Assembly: GCA_963710375.1 (NCBI GenBank) | Contig: CAVPZX010000008.1 | Span: 265,138-329,137, forward strand | Reading direction: 5' to 3' | From: Nitrospirota bacterium | Lineage (GTDB): Bacteria > Nitrospirota > Thermodesulfovibrionia > Thermodesulfovibrionales > Dissulfurispiraceae | DNA: 64,000 bases | In this document: in pieces, positions 62,596 through 64,000 of the stretch | Numbering within the stretch: position 1 is the stretch's first letter | Layout of the letters: each line of letters opens with the position of its first letter | Position numbers and translations under genes: made by a program | The notes under the pieces: generated by a model | What the model saw: only the letters and a program-made list of their open reading frames with translations | Told to the model about the DNA's origin: nothing | The model's database searches: none

Positions 62596-64000
62596 TTATA
62601 CTCCACCCCCACCCAGTACCTTATAGAGTGTTACCGAATTGATCAGCCGAGAACGACGAACGGTAATTAGCCCCTGCTGCGCACTGTAAAGGGAGCGTTG
62701 CGAGTCTAGCACATTCAGGTAGCTTGCTATTCCATTGAGATAGAGCGCCTCCGATAAGTTGTAGCTTTTGGCGGTGGCATCTGTTAATGATTGCTGGGCC
62801 TCCATTTGATCGTCAAGGGTGCCATGTTGTGCCAGAGCATCGGATACTTCACTAAAAGCGCTCTGAATCGCCTTCTCATATTGGGAAAGGAATATCTCAC
62901 GATCGACTTCCGTCACCTTCAGATTGGCCCGGTTTCGCCCTGCATCGAAGATCGGCAGGGTAATTTGCGGTGCAAAGCTCCATGCTGTAGCAGCTCCTCC
63001 CTTAAAAAGCTGGGACAGCTGAGCGCTTGCAGCACCAATGCTTGTCGTGAGCGTAATGCTTGGAAAGAAAGCCGCACGTGCGGCGCCGATGTTAGCGTTG
63101 GCAGCTTTGAGGAGGTGTTCTGCCTGCACGATATCGGGACGGCGTTGCAACACATCTGACGGCAAGCCCGCGCTGAGTTCTTTCAGCGCGGTAATCGTAC
63201 CAAGCCCGGACGGCAGGAGATCAGTAGGCACTGGCGAGCCAATCACGAGCGCTAGTGCATTTTCGTCCTGGGCCACCTGGCTGGTAAAGCTGGCAATATC
63301 CACCCGGGCCGAATCGACACTTGTCTGGGCCTGGCGAACATCCAGTTCCGAGGAGACACCGGCTTCGAAACGGCGCTTGATAAGGTTATACGAGGCCTGC
63401 TGGCTCTCGAACGTGCCTTGTGCTATTTTCAGGTGCTCTTTATCGGCAGCAAGAGTCAGGTAGTCGCTTGCAACTTCGGCCACCAAGCTGATCTGCACAC
63501 TGCGGCGTGCCTCCTCAGTGGCGAAAAACTCCTCGATTGCCTGGTCTTTAAGGCTTCGCACGCGTCCGAAAAGATCGATCTCGTAGGCGCTGAACCCGAG
63601 GCTGACATTGTATACATGCCCTGTCACAGTCTGTCCCGTGGTAGATAGTACCGCAGGTACCCGCTCGTCGATCCCCGTGCCGGTGGCGTTCACCGTAGGG
63701 AAAAGATCGGCGCGCTGGATTCTATAAAGCGCCTGTGACCTTTCTATGTTGAGCGCCGCTATCCGCAAGTCGCGGTTGTTATCGAGCGCCAGGGCGATCA
63801 GCTGTTGTAGTTTCTTATCCGTAAAAAACTCCTGCCACTTGATCTCGTCGGCGCTGTGGCTGCCCTGCACGGCAGTGTTATCTCTGTAAGCCGGACCGCT
63901 CGGCCATTTAGCAGGAACAGGCGCTTCCGGGCGCGCATATTCCGGAGCCATACTCGCACAGCCTGACAACATGAGAAGCACCATCGAGAAAATTAACGAG
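62596..64000 (-). CDS. RND efflux outer-membrane lipoprotein (OprM/NodT family), N-terminus cut by window edge
   Basis: Lipobox [39 protein letters not shown]. Confidence 0.93.
   Translation of the reverse strand, partial: SLIFSMVLLMLSGCASMAPEYARPEAPVPAKWPSGPAYRDNTAVQGSHSADEIKWQEFFTDKKLQQLIALALDNNRDLRIAALNIERSQALYRIQRADLFPTVNATGTGIDERVPAVLSTTGQTVTGHVYNVSLGFSAYEIDLFGRVRSLKDQAIEEFFATEEARRSVQISLVAEVASDYLTLAADKEHLKIAQGTFESQQASYNLIKRRFEAGVSSELDVRQAQTSVDSARVDIASFTSQVAQDENALALVIGSPVPTDLLPSGLGTITALKELSAGLPSDVLQRRPDIVQAEHLLKAANANIGAARAAFFPSITLTTSIGAASAQLSQLFKGGAATAWSFAPQITLPIFDAGRNRANLKVTEVDREIFLSQYEKAIQSAFSEVSDALAQHGTLDDQMEAQQSLTDATAKSYNLSEALYLNGIASYLNVLDSQRSLYSAQQGLITVRRSRLINSVTLYKVLGGGGV

Overview
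Bacterial chromosomal window from an anaerobe. Gene content suggests Nitrospirota or Desulfobacterota; this is an inference. In order, it holds: a glycosylation-type locus (radical SAM, GT-like proteins, TPR-GT41); a RelE/ParE toxin-antitoxin pair; housekeeping genes (ligA, pncC, rarA, gpmA, ABC-F, an S1-domain protein, ppnP, oligoendopeptidase F, coaD, rsmD, purN, HU, a UvrD/PcrA helicase); an alternative-function chemosensory operon ending in a diguanylate cyclase; an MvhG-MvhA-protease-HdrA-MvhD-TusA-Hpt operon with no hdrBC; several PAS/GGDEF/HD-GYP/kinase genes; and a partial efflux outer-membrane factor. Most unusual: (i) a STAND-like P-loop ATPase with no evident effector domain, fused to 14 near-identical 132-bp (44-aa) helical repeats whose variation falls on one predicted helix face, with three frameshifts at the same repeat position; (ii) a ~126-bp foldback element made of inverted heptamer arrays, present twice, plus a hexamer analogue, each filling an intra-operon gap between a stop codon and the next start region; (iii) an unlisted 50-aa Cys-rich ORF. 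Isolated +1 frameshifts, including one in essential ligA, suggest assembly indel errors, so frameshift-based claims need read-level checks. No rRNA, tRNA, CRISPR array, transposase or integrase was recognised.
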